Source: Balanoglossus misakiensis
Lineage: Eukaryota; Animalia; Hemichordata
NCBI GenBank assembly: GCA_040954595.2
Contig: CM082587.2
Coordinates: forward strand, 6,251,705 to 6,315,704
Length of the DNA: 64,000 bases
Reading direction: 5' to 3'
Position numbers and translations under genes: made by a program
Shown: positions 1-38,360 of the stretch, in pieces
Layout of the letters: every line of letters begins with the position of its first letter
Position numbering within the stretch: position 1 is the first letter of the stretch
The notes under the pieces: model-generated
What the model saw: the letters and a program-made list of their open reading frames with translations, nothing else
What the model was told of the DNA's origin: nothing
Database searches by the model: none

Positions 1-41
1 CACAGGAGTCAAGAAAGTAGCCTGTTACAGATTCCCCATAC

Positions 42-24491
<24,450 letters not shown>

Positions 24492-25069
24492 CTCCCTTTC
24501 TGTTACTTAGTTTTTCTGAAAGAGAACAGAAAGACAACTGGTTCATCGACTTGCCGTCTTGTGCCCGATATTTGCCTTTATAACCGTACATGTACAATCA
24601 AACATCTTTTACCATAATGAAAGTTTAATCACTTTCTCCATTTTTCTGAAACTGCTCGTGCAACTATACCAGATCGTCTGCCCAATCCCCTCATACCCAT
24701 AGCTTGCTTTCACTCGGAACAGACATTGCCGGAGGACACAAAAAGAACTCGCAGACTAACAACGCCGTTTCAACTACTCAAGACGAACAAAATCCCAGGT
24801 TTCCATGACAACCCCATTAAACGTTACAAAAGCCCCAAGGACCATTACAGTCAAAGCATTGGTACAATGTAATGTAGAAGAGCTGCTGCAGTCTGCATTG
24901 TAATCGACGGTGATGAGTTCAGAAGGATAAACATTAAACGCAAGTTCCTTTACAGTTCATCAAGGTGAATTCACAGTGGGAAACACAAACACCTGGATTC
25001 TCCAAAGATACTGATCTGATCGTCTCGGGAGGGAAAGGCAAATCAGAACAGCCATTATCTCCACCTTAC

Positions 25070-25088
25070 CAGCTTCATCAATGACATA
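25070..25088 (-). CDS. Candidate 19-nt exon (T+MSLMKL) upstream of the canonical spectrin start exon
   Basis: tttttaatacag|TATGTCATTGATGAAGCTG|gtaagg. Confidence 0.45.
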
Positions 25089-28000
25089 CTGTATTAAAAA
25101 CACAACAAATATCACCAAATATGGAATGAATCCAGTTTAGCGTTCACAACAAGAGGGGTGTCTAATGAATGATGCTCTTGAAAAGATTTACATGCCATAC
25201 ATATGCATGAGACACTGGCTTGTTCTGGGAATACTAAACAACAATGGCAAACATTCTCTTGAATGTCAGGTAACATTATACAGTTCACCTGGCATCTAAA
25301 GTACATGTACACTCAATGGTTGCGATACATATGCACTTTGAGTAAAGTACATGTACACAGCGGCCTGGAAGAATAATTACCCACGTATCAATACAATCTG
25401 TACTTCCCTTCTGCAGTACCTCAGGGCCTGCAAAATCCAGACTCACTCATATCCCATCAACCGTGCAATACTTGCAGACACCATCACGTACAAGATAATG
25501 TTTCTGTCTGCATACTAGTATATATATATATGCCAACATTTGCAAGGACTTTCAATATAAAACTCACTAGCTTCTAAAACAGTCAGCTTCATACATGTAG
25601 TTACATGTACATTGTAGATATTCAGTTTATTATAATGACATTAGGAAAACATTTCCGTGACAATAATGTAATAAAGAAATCACTGGATGATGGATGGCAG
25701 ATGCTTACACTCTTTCCTTTCATGAAAATCCAGCAAAATGCTCTATGTGAAAATAATGACTGAACACCTGCAAATGTCGCTTTCACTCTATGCACTTGAA
25801 TAAGGATCTCCACTACAATCTCTGTGAGGGGGCTCGAAAACGCTCACAGCTACTCCAGGACTTCATACCAGTGGTATACCAGGAAATATTTGAGATCAAA
25901 AATGCAATTTTCCGGGTGAAATATCTCCACAATAAACTGGCATTTCACAGCAACATGCATGTAGATATCTGAATAATTTCCAGGACTTTCCTTGTGTAAA
26001 TTTCACTTTCCGGAGCGGAGGACTTTCAAGGTTTTCTCCGCTGAGAGTACTATCATGTGATTAATCAGTTGTCATGGTTACTAGTACATCTCACCGTCGG
26101 ATTACAGTGACCCAGTATTTATCAGCCTCATCCTAAATATCATTCACCGTTGGTATTAAATTTTCAATCAGTCACAGATCTCTACTAATCTATACATCAC
26201 CATCATGATGATGCTACATCATTTTACTGTTTTTCCCCCATAACATAATCTCATAACATAAAAGGAAGAGGACATTTTATGGCCACCATTTGCTGTCGGT
26301 AATTTGTCCGTAATTTACGAGGCACAAAATCAATGCGAAATAAAGTGGCAAATCTATCTTGGATCAATCTTTAACTAGGACATGCCAACCAGCTACAGCG
26401 GCTGTGATTTATAATTTTTAGCACTTATTTGAAGAGCAAGTATATTACAAAAGTGGCATAGACATCTGTGAAGGCTTACATGTCCTAAATATTATGGAAA
26501 TACTGCAGTACATTTAACACAGAAAATGTCCCACACTGTACCACATTTGCTTTTATATACACCTCTTTATGCATCAATTAAAACCAAGGTAGTTTAACTT
26601 GCAAGATCTTGTTGTAAGTTGGAATGGGATTTATACACATGAATACAGCACATCGGGAAATACGTTAAGCGCAGATAAAAATAAGAGTTTCACCATATTA
26701 CTCACAGATTAGCAATATATGTACACATATAATGCATGTAAACTAAAAGCTACATGTATCCCTGACTGAAAAACAGCTTTTACATGCAGAAACATCACTT
26801 TGCTCTTATGCTTTGTTCTTCTTCTGGATATTTACCTCTACAAGATTAAATCAATCGCGTTGCTATAGAAACTACACGTTCAATTTCATCTCATCGGCAG
26901 CACACGATAGGTGTAGTAATGACTTGGACACAATCTACCTTAGGGTAAATTTCATGTGCCTTTCTTCCTTCACACCTGATATGTTTTGCCCAAAGCTCTT
27001 TCTCAACATTTCACTACATATCACAATTTAATTAATGTCTATATGTAAATAACTGCAAAAATATGCCGAGTAAATACCGTTATGTAAAACATGTCGTCTG
27101 TTAACAATTGATGAGTTAGCATTTTGTTCTTAGCAGGAATGTGGATGGAAATAGCCACGGCTCTGGCCTATCATGTTTATGTTGCAATGTACATGTACAT
27201 CTATTTCGGATATTGACAGGGGACAGATTAACTGTCTGTGTCATATTCCCGATTCTTGCTTGAACACCATATTCCACATGGAGACTGTTTTTAAATTAAA
27301 AAATATATAACATTGTGGCTATGCACGGTTCTTTACATTATGATAACTTTTGAACTTCATTCCTGAAATATGGCACTTTTTTTTTCTAAGAGGATATCTC
27401 AGTGTTTTTTTGCAAATACTGACAAGGCAAAATTTCTGCCCTGACAATGAATCTTGCATGCACCTACATTTGTATGAGTGACTGTTTCATGAGTTAGTAC
27501 ATGTACTGTGTACTTGATGGCAGATGGCATTTGCCTTGAAATGCCCTGAGCCCCCCTTTTTTGACTACAGACAATAAATAAACTAGAAACAGATGGACAA
27601 TGACCTTAATAATTAGGCTGGCAATAATATCTACAAAATAAAATGACAGGCAAACATTGCGGGTGACTGTACAATAAACAACGAAGTCAACATAAGCTTG
27701 ACATTGCAATATCAAGATGGCATTATCTACACGGTAAAATCATACTGACAGATATCAACTCCAGCCACCCCTTAGGCTTCACATAATGGACTGACCCAAC
27801 CACACAGAAAGCATGGTGGATCATACCACAGTGCGAAGTAAAACCGGGAGGACAAACGAGAGAAGAAGGGAGATAGAACTAACCTGTCTCCTGTTGATGG
27901 ACATATATTAGCAAGCAGCTGACACCGTAGAAGAGAATGTAAATAACGAGGAGTAAAATGATGAGGAGGAGGAAGAGGTCGGGATGCTGAGACAGAAAGG

Positions 28001-31000
28001 GACAGATGTTATTACTGGGCATGACATGACATAACAGAGGACCAACACACACAAACCAAAATAAAAAGCTACATCTGTACGACTACACAGTTTCAAGCTG
28101 TGGCGAATCTAAACCATTCTGCGAGTGAAGAGCGGACGAGAAGTGTGAAAAGGAAACGAGGAGAGAGGAAAAGGAAGAGAGAGTGAGTCTGGAATGGAAA
28201 TAAAAATCTAGTCACAACCGGAGAAAAACGTGGGAAGAATAGACAAAGATGAACCGGAGACAGGGGCCTGGGACTGTCAGTGGATGGAACCGTGACGGTA
28301 CAGCTGTGTTGCGCCAGGCAACATCAGAGCAGCGATCTCACTAGCTGTTACCAAGCGATGGACAGCCAGGTATAAAAAAATCCAATGACAGAAGCCTACT
28401 ATTTATTCAAGTCTAACAGCCCAGCATTTACGTCATGGATCAATTATAACCACTAAGCAGAGACCATGGCGGAGGCAGCGAGCTGTCCTTCGGATGGGAT
28501 ATTATTATATCGGCCATGTCCATTATCCCACTTAATTGCACTGCCTTGGTTGATCAACAATTCAAAAAGACACAGTGCCAATAAAATAATTAGGGATGCA
28601 CACCAATACGTTCAACGCACCCTAAATCAGTAACAAAGAGGCCCCAATCATCGGTAGCTTCCATAACCTGCTGCATCTAATTATGCAGAAAATACCTGGA
28701 CCCCACCAAGATGGCGACGGAGCTCTCATGAGACACCATCATGTGATCTGTATGCAAATGAGGAACACTCTGGAGAATGCGAATCATGTCAGACGAGCAT
28801 CTCGCGCATAAAAACACGCCTATTTCCAGCGAGGGGGCCCTACAACAGTGACAAACAACAGTATCCAATACGGCTGTGACGGCCACTGTCTGATCACCGA
28901 CTTCTCAATTTACTTTGCTAACATAAATTTACTGTTTTGGGGATAAATGTAATTTTTATGCCAAGAGATATTAAAAACAATATTTCAATGTAAGTATTAT
29001 ATGTATGCCGGCAATTTGAAGAAATATCTCAATGAGAATAATGGACATCAAGTGCAAACAGACAGTATTCAAATGACCTGGTTTTCCTTTTCATAAAGCT
29101 CTGCATTATTCAATTCCTACCGGTAATTGTTTTTTTTATTCTAAGTCATTTTGCCTGTGTGTCTCTCACATCAATTTTAACCCTTTCACCGCGATTGTTT
29201 GGTCCAAATCCAATATTTTATATGGTAAAGCTAGACGTCTATAGAGGAAAATATAGGGTGAAACTGAAAGGCTGGACTTTTCTGCTGGCTGAATTATGCA
29301 GTACTTCTTCCCAGACACTGAATCCAATGGTAATTTACTGAATGAAGAAACCATTTACAAAATGCAATTGCACAAAAATAACCCAGCAAAATTAAAATGA
29401 TACGTCTTTGCTTATCAAATTTCATACAGATATTTAGAGTAATCAACCATCTTACATGGAATGGTTTCCAAATTACATACATGTATTTTACTTGAAATCC
29501 ATATTTTCACATAATGGAACATTTGTCTCTATCAATCTACAAAATCTCATTTTACCTTATATATGATCATTTACTAGTTACACAGAGATACATATACTTG
29601 TGTTACAGATATTACAAAGATTTGATCATAGAACTGTAGAATAGTTTTACAGTAGCTTCATGGCATGCTGTATATGTAAAGAACTTGTTTGAAAAGAGAT
29701 GAAGTGAAATAGAGCATACTGCCCAAAATGAGACATGCAAAATTCAGCTGAACACAAATAACCACTCTCACCTGCAAATTCTATATCCAAATCCCTCCTA
29801 AAGTAAATAAGCTTTTAAGGGCAATTCTGCTGTATTTTTTACTGTCACTGACTGACCACACCCAGTCTTCATGACATATCACGTCAGGTCAATATGCACT
29901 ACATGTATTCTGCAACACATTTTAAATTAGCAATGTGTGAAATGGATGACATAAGATTTTCTATTTTGTTAAAAAAAATCACATTAAATTTGCATGCTAA
30001 TTATCCCTTCTGAAATAAAATTAGCCAATAAAAATTAATACTTCATGCCATTGCCAGCTGTTAATTAACATAAAAATAGTATTTGGTAATTTACACCTTG
30101 TATATGCCACCAACATTTTCATTTTACCACATGTGATATCTTCGATAGAATGCGTTGCCTTTTTTTATAAAAAAAATATATTAATCAGGCTCATCTTCAG
30201 GTTAAGCCCATAGAATCAACTTCATATTTGTTAAAAGCAACAACACATAATCCTTTGATATTTCAATATCATATCTGTCCTTGTAATGTTCATAGCATAA
30301 TGCTGTAATGCCAAGACAAGTTCATCTATTTTTATTTATGCATGATCAGCACTTTGGCTGGTTAATCTTTCCCTTGAACAGAAGCTCATATGATATTTAC
30401 CCCCACCCTTGAGATTGCACTCCATGGAGCCCTTGAAAAAAACTACACCCATATCAAATTTATAAACTGATATTGACAATCGAAGTATGAAGACCATTCT
30501 AGAAGGATACTTGTTTTCCCCAAGCTGTCAGTGTTCCAGCATGGGTTTTACAATTGGTTACTAGAATGTCATACTGTTAACATGTGGATGCAACATTCCA
30601 TGTTGAGATACTACCAGTACCAATAATGAATTCATATTTCAAGGACTCAACGCTGTATGGACTATACAAAAAACATTCTGCATGGAAAGAACTCTCTCCT
30701 TAAGCTGGCAACCGCAGTTTCCCAAAACTTGATTGCAGAAGCTGATCATCTTCGGTGCACAACTACAAGTGCAGAGTTAATCAAGATTGGCTAGCCATAC
30801 GATCTGTAGCCCGGAGCCAGGGGGATGTTTTGAGGGAAGTACTCCTTACATGAATACATGTAAGAATAGCTTGGCCAGCAAAGATGAAATCAATCATGGC
30901 GACCTAATTGCTGCGCCAATTGAACAATAAAGTAATAGATAAAAAGACAGATATCTTGCCTACAGCAAAATGTAAAATATCATTCTTACGATGAACAAAT

Positions 31001-32426
31001 GCTTTCTAATAATAACTTACTAGTATATTAGAGAAGACAAGATGAAATCACTAATGGATGAATGACATTTTCCCATACAATTTTTTTCAGAGAGCTTAGA
31101 AAAGATGATGACATCACTAAAACTTAATGAGGGGTAATGTTATAATAATGAGGATTGAAGTGACATTTAGAATACAGATTTTTTTTATATTCACATAACA
31201 TAAAAGAATCTATACAGTTAATAATAAATTGTAAATAAATTGTAGATAAAGAATTGGACAGTGTCATAAAAATTCAAATGCAGATTTATCAATGACTACC
31301 AATATGGAAAAAATGAAATGAGAAATGATAACCACCCTTATTTCTTTACAAGTAGTTATCAAAATCATTTCACATTTTTCAATAAAAAGTGAATGAAAAT
31401 CTTTTAAAGTGAACAAGGTTTGACAGATAACTGATAAGTTGCAACATTGCCAACAGAAGTCAAGCAATGAACAGACTTACTTGTACATGTACCACACCCA
31501 ATTTGAACTTGGGGAAATGTTTGAAGAAACAAACAGTATCCACCCATTGGGGTACTATTTCATTTCTTCTGACCTTTGTACATCATAAGTATGCGTGAAT
31601 GAAATCGATTCTACATGCAGTTATCACTCACAGAAATATTTTCTTCTTTTTTTCAAGTTTTGAAAGTTAAAAACAGACAATTAACATGTAATCCAAATGT
31701 CAGACTAACACTTTTTCCTCCAAGGCACATCAGTAGCATCAGATCAGTATAATGACTGAGGCGAGTGATGTAGCCAACTACCGAATATAATCCTTATTAA
31801 AATGTAAATATAAATTAGCATAAAATCATAAAGCTGTCAGGACGAATATTAACAAAGAACAATCAACATGCTGTTTACTTCTCACATACAGCATATTATT
31901 GTATGGGATAGCTTCTAGGATGATTCTAGAGTGCTATAAAACGTATGATGTGGTATTTCTGTCGCATACCGTACATACCAGTGCAGTACATCCGTTGATA
32001 ACCTGCCCGACGGACCACAACGGTTGGTTTCGGTCCGTTGAAATATTCTACGCACGTAACTTGGGTGTGACACGATCTACTCGACTCGGACGGAATCTAT
32101 AAAGCTCCGCATCGCTTTCCCTTTCAATACTAAGGACTATGTGCAGTAAAATTGTTTGCAAACATAAAGTAACTAATGAAAATGGATAAAGAAACAGAAA
32201 CACCTTCGGGTACGAGACGAGATCGCGATGAACCTTGCATCTAAGGTCAGTACCCGCGTCCCTGTGTGACATATCGGGCGGGCCAAGCCCATTTTACTAC
32301 TCGGATACACGAGCAGGATTTATGCAAAAACTGTGGACGAACTTCACAATATATTATCCCCAACACATTTTGGGGTCATTAATATAAGTAAAAATCTCCA
32401 TTACTTGTCTAAAATAGTCCACCTAC

Positions 32427-33000
32427 CCGAAATATAGTTGAAATATTACGCGTTACACCTCAGCTCTGAAGCAGCCCACCGAAATAAAGATGGCGGATAA
32501 ACCTTGGCGTCAGCTATTGTGTTTAATGCCCCTCCTCCGGAATAGTATATTTACAAAAATTCAATGACGTGTTTCGGGCAATAATAATATTAAACGTAGT
32601 TTATTTTTGTCAAATTTTCAAAAAAAGAATGTCCCACTTTCTGTAAAGAAATTAATCCAATGCAACGTAAACACAATCTCGGACACAACCTTCATATAAA
32701 GTTGGAGGGAGGATGAATGATAACATCACTGGCCAAAAGTCACATGACTACATTTATTATCGTCTGCTCTAATGATGTCATTTGACCCCATGACCTAGAG
32801 CAGGTCATTGCAGGGCAGGGCGTTTCCCATATATGGCTTGCTGTGTATCTTCAGCAAGTTAGGCGGTTTAACCACCAATGATGGCGCTAAATGGAAATCG
32901 CGAAGTCCGCAGTGGATAGACTCCAACAAAACAGAGTTCACCGCGAATTTTGCAGGTGATTTTCGTCAACTGGAGACACCCATCTGTTAAAAATACGTAG
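32427..33000. promoter_or_regulatory. Bidirectional promoter with putative non-coding first exons of alpha-spectrin (-) and Pcl (+)
   Basis: CpG-richer region. YY1 consensus AAGATGGCGG at 32487-32496; minus-strand donor CGG|GTAGGT at 32427; plus-strand donor candidates near 32997-33001; TGACGT near 32565. Confidence 0.55.
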
Positions 33001-33676
33001 GTAGTCGTCGATTTTGGTGCCCTTCGTTTGAATCGCAAGCCCTTTTCAGAAGATCGGTCGATCCACTTTGTGGAAGAACGTGGAGTGGGACGTCCTCCAT
33101 TGAAGTCTGAAGATTGTCGCCAGACCATGGTTAGTAAGGTGACACATTCATTCGCGCTTCTCATCTGTTGACAGTGGATATCATCAGTGTATACACGTGC
33201 CAGCTTCTTGTTTTATACTGGCCCAATGTGCGCTTTCCACATTTCATATGATGCGGAGTGGGTGTAGTTTTGTTAGAGCTGTACAAAGTAAATGGCTACT
33301 GGATCAAGTGTTACTTCAATAATACTATGGCTCGGTGTTATCTCGCTTGACACCGTCACGTGCTCGTGTGTGAATCCAGAAGTCATCCTGATAAAAGATC
33401 GGCCATGACCAAGGGGTGGGCATGGAGGTTCCATCATAGCTGGACAGTGCAGTGGCCGTCAATACAATCGCATCCGAAAGTCAGGCACATTCAATCATGG
33501 ACGTAACACATTGGTTCAGTGTGAACAGCCTGGATGGCTCATTTAAGACACACACATTAAAGTTACAATGTCTCTCTTCAAAATCTATTCTTTCATCATT
33601 GATCGTATTATCTAAACTTTCGAAGTGACAACTTCTTGTAATGAACTCCATCGATTTCTTGTTGCAGGATTCTCCA

Positions 33677-36600
33677 ATGGAAGAAGAAACAAATGGCACC
33701 AGAGAAATCTGCAAAATGTCAGGAAACACGGGCCAGTGTAACGCTTATGAATCAAAATTCTGTCTCGGTGTTGATGTACTCGCCAGGTGGTCTGATGGAC
33801 TTTTCTACCTTGGTACCATTGAAAAGGTAATTTGGAAATCAATTATTATATTATAGGTATATGGTCATCTCTGTAAATATTACTAAATGATGACTTGGAA
33901 AATGACTGAAGTTAAAATCGTTTTATCATAATCATGATCTTCCTCGATGAACTCTGCTGGGAAACCAGAAGACAAACTCAATTGTTCTTGTAGCTCATTT
34001 GAGGAAAAGTAAAATTTGCTTCTTTATCAACAGGTTGACAGTGAACATGAGAAATGCCTTGTTGTGTTTGAAGACAACTCAGAACACTGGGTTCTATTCA
34101 AAGATTTACAGACAGGTGAGAATAATGGCATCTACACATATGTTGTTGGTATTGTGTCGTTGCTATCATGTCATACAGAAAAATACAGGGGGAAAAAACA
34201 GCCAAATAATACAGTTAGTGGAGCTTGAAATTCAGCAGTTAACTGTGGCGTTTTGTTTCCCATGTTTTTCAGGACCCAATTACAGCTCAGATATCATGTG
34301 TACTATATGCCAAGATGGCTCCTCCGAATCACCCAATGAAATTGTTATCTGTGATAGGTGTAACCTAGGTAAGTGTTTTCTGTATTGTATGAAAATGAAA
34401 TAGACTGACCAGGAATCATATCATGTATTTAGACCAAGTTGTCTTCATCTGACTGACAATGATCATCATCTTCCATGTAGGTTACCACCAGAAATGTCAC
34501 AAGCCCGAAATAGACGAGACCGTGCTGACGCCGGACATCCCATGGCACTGCAGGCAATGCATATTCGCCACCTCAGTCAAGAGGGGCGGGGCGTCCAAGA
34601 AGGGGCCCAACGCCAAAGCCTTCCAGGACATGAAGAAATCGCTGCCGTACAAACTGGGGTCGCTGACCTGGGACTCGAGTCACCGGACCAATCTGCAGCA
34701 GTGTTACTGCTACTGTGGCGGACCTGGAGAGTAAGTCGTGCAGTGTGGGCTAACGATGTTATCTAATTTTCTAATCTACATGTATGCCCCCTGTGGCATC
34801 TGAATATATAGGGGAAAAAAATTCTGAAATAATAATAATGCCATCATTCACTGCTAATCATTCCCGTCGTCTCCAATTTTCTCTTCCAGGTGGTATCTGA
34901 AGATGATGCAGTGCTGTAGGTGTAAGCAGTGGTTTCACGAAGGTAAAGATGACACAACAGAAAAAATTAACCAGTCTTTTGAAAGATTTATGGAGTCACG
35001 CGTTTGTATATAAAACCAAGGAGTTTAAAATTACCCACAGTTCAGATTTTGACATTTTTGTGGTGTTTTGGATTCAGGATTACCCTTTATTAAATTAGAA
35101 GAATCATTGCTTGACCCCACAGTCGAATTTTGTCTGTGGCTAATTACCGGTAGATCTGGTACCAGTCTTCAAAAGTAATATTGTGATGTATTTCTCATTG
35201 ACAGCTTGTGTGCAGTGCCTAGAAAACCCGATGATGTACGGAGACAGATTCTACCTGTTTGTGTGTTCTGTGTGCAATGACGGTCCCGAGTATCTGAAAC
35301 GAATGCCACTGAAGTGGTAAGTCCTTTATTTTAACCATGCTTCCAATTTCCCTAACGTGGTGTTCCAAGAATGAAGGGATGCTGAAGGCAAAATTGATGC
35401 GATTTGATGACATCTCTGAGCTTTTCTCTGTTTGTTTTTCTGTCTTAAAAAAATTATTGTCATAAACCCGTTTTTTTTTACCAGGGTGGATGTGGCCCAG
35501 CTGGTTCTCTTCAACCTGACCATGTTACACAAAAAGAAATACTACGACATAGACCAAGAAATCATTCCTTATCTGAATGCACAGTGGGACAGCCTACAAA
35601 TAGAACATGTGAGTGTAAAAGTCGTGATTCTTGTTACCTGTCCACAAGTGCAGTTGTGTACTTCCTACGGGTTTCATGCTATGGCTGCCGGCGTCCAAGG
35701 GTTTGAATCTCTAAGTTTGCATCAGTTCGACTATTTAAAGAATTATTTCAAAACTACTTTCCATCAAGTATATCACATTGTGCTTCCAAGTTCCCGGGGA
35801 TGTTGAATGTTTTCATTGAGGTCAACAATAATGTTGATACAACTTGTATACTTTTTTGTTTTTCTCATGGCCACCCAAGTGAAAATCTGTCATTGGCTCG
35901 ACCCAAGCTTTCCAAGGTAACTACAGCTAAATTTGCATAGGTGACCGTATGCCTTTAAAACGTTATCCATCTTCTCACTTTCAGTTGAATGTCTGCACAA
36001 GGTCAGAGAGACAGGAGAATTTTTTGACAGCTCTGCAGACGTCCAAGAGCCGGTAAGCACACTACCACCCCTATTCTTAAATGAGCTTGTCCACCATCTG
36101 CCCAGAAAGCAATTGGGATTACACCAAAAAAATAGCACTGGGGGAGTGAAAATCAGTGCAGCAACATACAGTGCATTTGATTGTGTTTGCACACGCAGGT
36201 TTACTTGTGGAAAAGAGTTAAAAAAGAAGAAAACCATTTGGGGTTTACGGATACGCACAGCGCCCATCCCACCGAGTATCGTGCTGCCGACCACGGGACA
36301 GATTACAGACGAGATTATGAACGAACTGAAGATGAAGGGGAGACGAACAGTCACTTTTGTTCCGGCGCAGAGGTATGTTGTCAGTTATTAGGTTATCCTT
36401 GCTTTGCATCTGCATCTGAAGAAAGTTGTTCAGCTAGACATGCTGCTATGAAATGTTAACGTGATAACTCTGTGAGGACCATGTAACAAAGAGATAGACA
36501 GTTACCGACATTGCCTGACTGACTAACTGTGAGAGTGATTGATCTGTGATATTATATGTGACACTGATTCGTGAAGTAGTCCCTCTGCACCGAAAAACGG

Positions 36601-37510
36601 AAACAACTCTGAGATGTTTTCGCTTCTCATTTTGCATACTCAGTCCCACATCTTCACCCAGGAGTGGTAAGCGAAAACGCGACGAAGACGCCCAGTTTCT
36701 GGGGAAATGCAAGAAAGCCAGGAAGATGCTGCAGGCTGCTCTCATGAAGGTAAGGTACTAGGTGCACCGAGTTGAATGCTTCACACACAGGGGTACTGAT
36801 GTGTTGCTTTCCCCTGTGAGCACAAGAAGGGTTTTGTAAAAAAAATCAAGAGCATGGTTTGAACCCTCTTCCTGCCAGGGTTAAATGCACCGAATCTCAG
36901 TGGTTGGCCTTCATGGTCTTTTTATACACCCTACTGAGTAACACACGCTGGTCTGGTATGATTAGAGATTTAAAGATGGTGAGATTCACGAACTATGCTC
37001 AGTCGTACCGGTTGATTTATTTTATTCCCCCAGAGTAACATGGACAAGAGCGGGAAGGGCGCCAACCAGTCGTACGGCCGCAACTCGCTGCCGCTGGACT
37101 GGGACGAGGACAGCTCCAGCACCACCTCCTCCATCCTGGACACCATCCGGCCGCTGAAGACGCTCTTCCAGCAGCGGGGGGAGGGCCCGGACGGCCGCAG
37201 CACGGACACCGAGTCGGTCATCTCGGTCTCCACGCCGCGCAACCGCAAGGGGAAGAAGCGGGTGGCCATGAGGGCCATCGGCAGCGTCGTCGGCAACAGC
37301 AACGGGCTGGACAGCGACGCCGAGGTCCCCAACGGAATCCTCAACGACAAGGCCATGTCGCTGAAGCACCTGCGGGAGAGCATCACGTCCTACTTCGGCG
37401 CCGAGGGCCGGCTGGCGTGCGGGGAGAAGTTCAAGGTCCTGGCCAAGAGGCTCACCCCGGACGGCAAGGTTCAGTACCTCGTCCAATGGGAAGGCTGCAC
37501 GGCAGAGTGA
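33677..37510 (+). CDS. Pcl: Polycomblike protein (PHF19/MTF2/PHF1 family; PRC2.1 accessory subunit)
   Basis: Tudor ([15 protein letters not shown]...FEDNS), PHD1, PHD2 ([20 protein letters not shown]...WFHEAC), winged helix ([14 protein letters not shown]), C-terminal reversed chromodomain ([39 protein letters not shown]). Exons 33677-33826, 34034-34115, 34273-34368, 34481-34730, 34890-34942, 35205-35316, 35485-35608, 35985-36052, 36199-36372, 36644-36749, 37034-37510. Start codon uncertain (33641 is an alternative). Confidence 0.95.
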
Positions 37511-37879
37511 GTCACCGTGGCAAAGGTCAGAGGTGAAAGGTGGAGTTTCCGTTGACCAATCAGGGTGCTTCGGGGTGATTGGCGATATCTTCATCTTCAC
37601 TATTACCCGATATTATTCCCCAAATATGAAACATTTTGCGGAGTTCTTTGTTAACAGTGTTACCTTCCAACCAATCTATTTACCGCTTCAAAATTTGGCT
37701 GATCATTCGTAGTGTACTTTCGCTTCCTCTGATCTACATTGTCATGTAAATATGTTCGAGGTCACGACCTGGACAACCTGCCCTGACATTGATCGTTTAT
37801 TCTGTAGCTTGTTTGAGGAAGGGTGAGTTGAGATAAAGTCCTATGTTTTGTGACATCACTTCACACCTGCAATGTAGTA

Positions 37880-37941
37880 CATCTCTAATGCACTTCATGA
37901 CGATGCATCTCTAATGCATTTCATGACGATGCATCTCTAAT
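37880..37941. repeat. 26-bp tandem repeat (about 2.4 copies) in the Pcl 3' UTR
   Basis: CATCTCTAATGCA(C/T)TTCATGACGATG repeated. Confidence 0.8.
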
Positions 37942-38271
37942 GGTGTTCTTGTCACAGGTAACAGTCAGGCAAGGTTAGGTTTGTACTCACAATAGCTTTA
38001 AACTTAAATCAGGCTTTTTAACATTTACAATTTCTACATCATAGTATTTTTTAGATTTACCATGATTCTTTTACATGACATCAGCAGTTTTCATTCAAAT
38101 TTACAGTTACTGATGATCTGGTTTTAGATGTTAATCAGGGTGCTTTTCGTTGGGCAGCGGCGTTTCAGTGCGAGACTGACCTTTGACCCGTTGAACCGGT
38201 AATTTTCTCTGCAGATCAAGGTGTATAGGTGGTTTGTCATTTTTCTATCAGCTTGATTGAGTGGTTCTGTG

Positions 38272-38360
38272 TTAACCTTTCACCCCCGTTTCCCGGTATA
38301 AAGGCCCAACTTTGCCATAGAAAACAATGGAATTGGGTCAAACCACGGTGGTGAAAGGGT
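38272..38360. mobile_element. piggyBac-like TTAA MITE copy
   Basis: TTAACCTTTCACC...CCATAGAAAACAATGG...GGTGGTGAAAGGGT. Confidence 0.7.

Noticed and set aside
26836-26837. 2-nt exon candidate (tag|AG|gtaaat)
   Set aside because: Such matches are expected by chance.
36970-37600. 138-aa and 192-aa minus-strand ORFs
   Set aside because: Antisense shadows of the GC-rich last Pcl exon.
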